Source: Macrostomum lignano | Taxonomy: Eukaryota | Assembly: GCA_002269645.1 (NCBI GenBank) | Contig: NIVC01000568.1 | Span: 434,001-498,000, forward strand | DNA length: 64,000 nt | Direction: 5' to 3' | Shown here: one piece after another, positions 61,897 through 64,000 of the stretch | How positions within the stretch are numbered: position 1 is the stretch's first letter | How the letters are laid out: each line of letters begins with the position of its first letter | Made by a program: the position numbers and the translations under genes | Notes under the pieces: generated by a model | What the model was told of the DNA's origin: nothing | Database searches by the model: none | Seen by the model: the letters and a program-made list of their open reading frames with translations, nothing else

Positions 61897-62118
61897 TGGA
61901 CAGGTGGCGAAGAGAAGAGGGGGAGCTGTCGATAAGACTCTTAATCCTGGACTAATATTCGTGCGCATACAGCAGTTCTCTACTTGCCCGACTGCTTTTA
62001 AGCAAGTTAATAAGTCCAAGTTTATACATGCGCAACCCCGCTGATTTACACCGGCCGTACGACTTACTTTTTGACCAAAAATGCAACTTAACTATGAATA
62101 AAACAAGCAAAGTTTTTT

Positions 62119-62183
62119 GGGTCAACGGCGGGAGTAACTATAACTGTATTATTGAGCCTAAATGCATCGTCAGGTAATTAGTG
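62119..62183 (+). other. Isolated diverged fragment of cytosolic 28S rRNA (domain IV, H69-H71 region)
   Basis: GGGTCAACGGCGGGAGTAACTAT-18 nt-AAATGCATCGTCAGGTAATTAGTG is colinear with the recalled 28S consensus GGGTAAACGGCGGGAGTAACTATGACTCTCTTAAGGTAGCCAAATGCCTCGTCATCTAATTAGTG (~52/65 identities by eye). It is not part of an rDNA unit. Confidence 0.75.
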
Positions 62184-63151
62184 CCCTAACAGTTTTTCCG
62201 GTGGGCATTTTCGCGACCTACCTCGGCTGGGCCCCTTGCCAGCCGGCCGGGTGTTGCGCGTGTACGACTCCAAGTAATTGAAAACTTTGCAACAGTTTTG
62301 TTGATCGGCAAGACAGAGAATTGCATACTTAGTAATCGTATTGTATATGAGTATTAGCTGACAAATCTATAACAAATATTTTTGCTTGGTTATAAACAAG
62401 GGCAATTCGAATTTGAAAGCAAGGTTGAACTTATTTATTCAGTCTTGCACTTTGCATGGGCCTTTCCTTTTTTAAATTCGACCGCTCCTAATAAAACAGG
62501 CAACAACACGCACTTTATATATATAACCTACTAATAGTACTGTAGCGCGCTTCATTCTATTGTATTGTACTTATTTTTGCGTCAATTTAATCAACAAAAC
62601 CCAGTTGAAACGCACCGAAAGTAAGTGCTAAATTTGCTACTCACAAGTAGGCCCCTTGGCGATGCGTGTGTACAAACACTGTTCGAGCTATCTCAGTCTC
62701 CGCTTGTTATGTTCGTTGTAGTTGCTCTGATATAGGATTATAGGAAGGCAAACCTCGAAAGTTCAGTTAATTTTGCAGTCCACTTTTACATTTGGTTGGT
62801 TTGTTTTTTTCTAATTTCACGAGACGGTGGCTTCAAAGCGGCAACAGTGATAGGTTTTTTGTACAACTATATTAATTCATTGGCTGACGGGTTCACCTTG
62901 TCAGTCTGTTTAATTTAAATATACCTGCCCTTTTCCTTTTATTCATTCATTGTCTAATTGTCGGCTGAGAAATTATTAACTTAAACTATTTATTGCTAGC
63001 TAGAATTTTCTGCCAAGTATTATTTATTTCCTTAACGTGACTAGTGCTTAGGTTAGTGTAATAGAACAGTGGACACTCCACAGGCTGCAGTAGTCAGTGC
63101 TGCATTTGCACTATTGAGTCTGTATATGGACGTTTTTTAAGTTCAGTATTT

Positions 63152-63546
63152 TCCATGTTTGTCATCATTGCCGTCAGCACTTTCCATGTTGGTCATCATT
63201 GCCGTCAGCACTTTCCATGTTGGTCATCATTGCCGTCAGCACTTTCCATTTTGGTCATCATTGCCGTCAGCACTTTCCATGTTGGTCATCATTGCCGTCA
63301 GCACTTTCCATGTTGGTCATCATTGCCGTCAGCACTTTCCATTTTGGTCATCATTGCCGTCAGCACTTTCCATGTTGGTCATCATTGCCGTCAGCACTTT
63401 CCATGTTGGTCATCATTGCCGTCAGCACTTTCCATTTTGGTCATCATTGCCGTCAGCACTTTCCATGTTGGTCATCATTGCCGTCAGCACTTTCCATGTT
63501 GGTCATCATTGCCGTCAGCACTTTCCATGTTGGTCATCATTGCCGT
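63152..63546. repeat. 31-bp minisatellite, ~12.5 copies
   Basis: (TTGGTCATCATTGCCGTCAGCACTTTCCATG)n with a periodic G/T variant. Confidence 0.95.
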
Positions 63547-64000
63547 CGGAGCAACGCAGTCACACGAAATTCAAGAACACGGGCCAAATTTTTGTTGCGA
63601 ACCTTCTCAAACAAGACTCAAGTCGCCAGCCCTCCGAACCGTCGAGGTATTCAACGATTCTGCCAGAAGGTCGGATTTTCCCCATAAGCGCTAGTGTATT
63701 CAGTACACCCTTGTGCGCCAAACAGCACTGCGCCTCAGTGCAGCCTTGCCAACCAAATTTCATCAGCACGTCGAACACATGTGTCTGCATCAGCACTGCC
63801 TTCGTTGGTCACTGGCCTTCACCCAGACGGGGCTTCTGGACCTTCATCACGTGGCAGCAAAGGTGACTTTAAAGGCCCTATTGCAAATTTCTCTGATGTC
63901 GCTGACCAAGCCTCGACAGTGGGCAAGCCGCAACTGCTGGGTATCCTCAGCTAGTCTCTCCAGCATTCGGTCGTTATCCAGACGCCATTCTTGAAAATTA

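Noticed and set aside
62100-62280. C/D snoRNA on the minus strand explaining the 28S complementarity
   Set aside because: No C box (RTGATGA) was found, and the two matching blocks are colinear with rRNA spacing, which fits a direct rRNA-derived copy better.
63152-63546. CRISPR-like regular arrays (this one and others)
   Set aside because: Units are directly adjacent with no unique spacers, there are no cas genes, and the context is eukaryotic.
63546-64000. Exon-like GC-balanced sequence at the window end (minus, WRLDNDRMLERLAED...)
   Set aside because: All frames are interrupted by stops and no family is recognisable; the context lies outside the window.

Overview
This is animal (metazoan) genomic DNA, not prokaryotic. 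GC-rich spliced exons sit in AT-rich or minisatellite-filled introns; the style suggests a free-living flatworm such as Macrostomum, which is inference only. Host genes: goosecoid (minus, 3 exons), a fibrinogen-related-domain gene (minus), a poly-Q two-TM exon (minus), a spliced secreted single-domain staphylococcal-nuclease gene (plus), an 850-aa acidic repeat ORF (minus), a complete clathrin heavy chain (plus, 11 exons plus a probable 99-nt cassette exon, with two 1-bp frameshifts likely to be assembly errors) and SERF (plus). Mobile DNA: a 5'-truncated RT-RNase H LINE (13-bp TSD), a decayed Ty3/Gypsy element (5-bp TSD, collapsed 5' LTR, foldback insertion in the 3' LTR), two RTE-like fragments, an apparently intact 4.2-kb hAT, three hAT-type MITEs and GGGG-ended foldback elements. 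The top leads are: (1) the bacterial-like secreted SNase with an intact active site and an intron; (2) the clathrin tail cassette exon next to the Hsc70 LMLT motif; (3) five tandem copies of a clathrin 3' splice site; (4) a DLIDF-repeat protein head-to-head with clathrin; (5) a stray 28S rRNA H69-H71 fragment. All coordinates and motifs were read by eye and no database searches were run.
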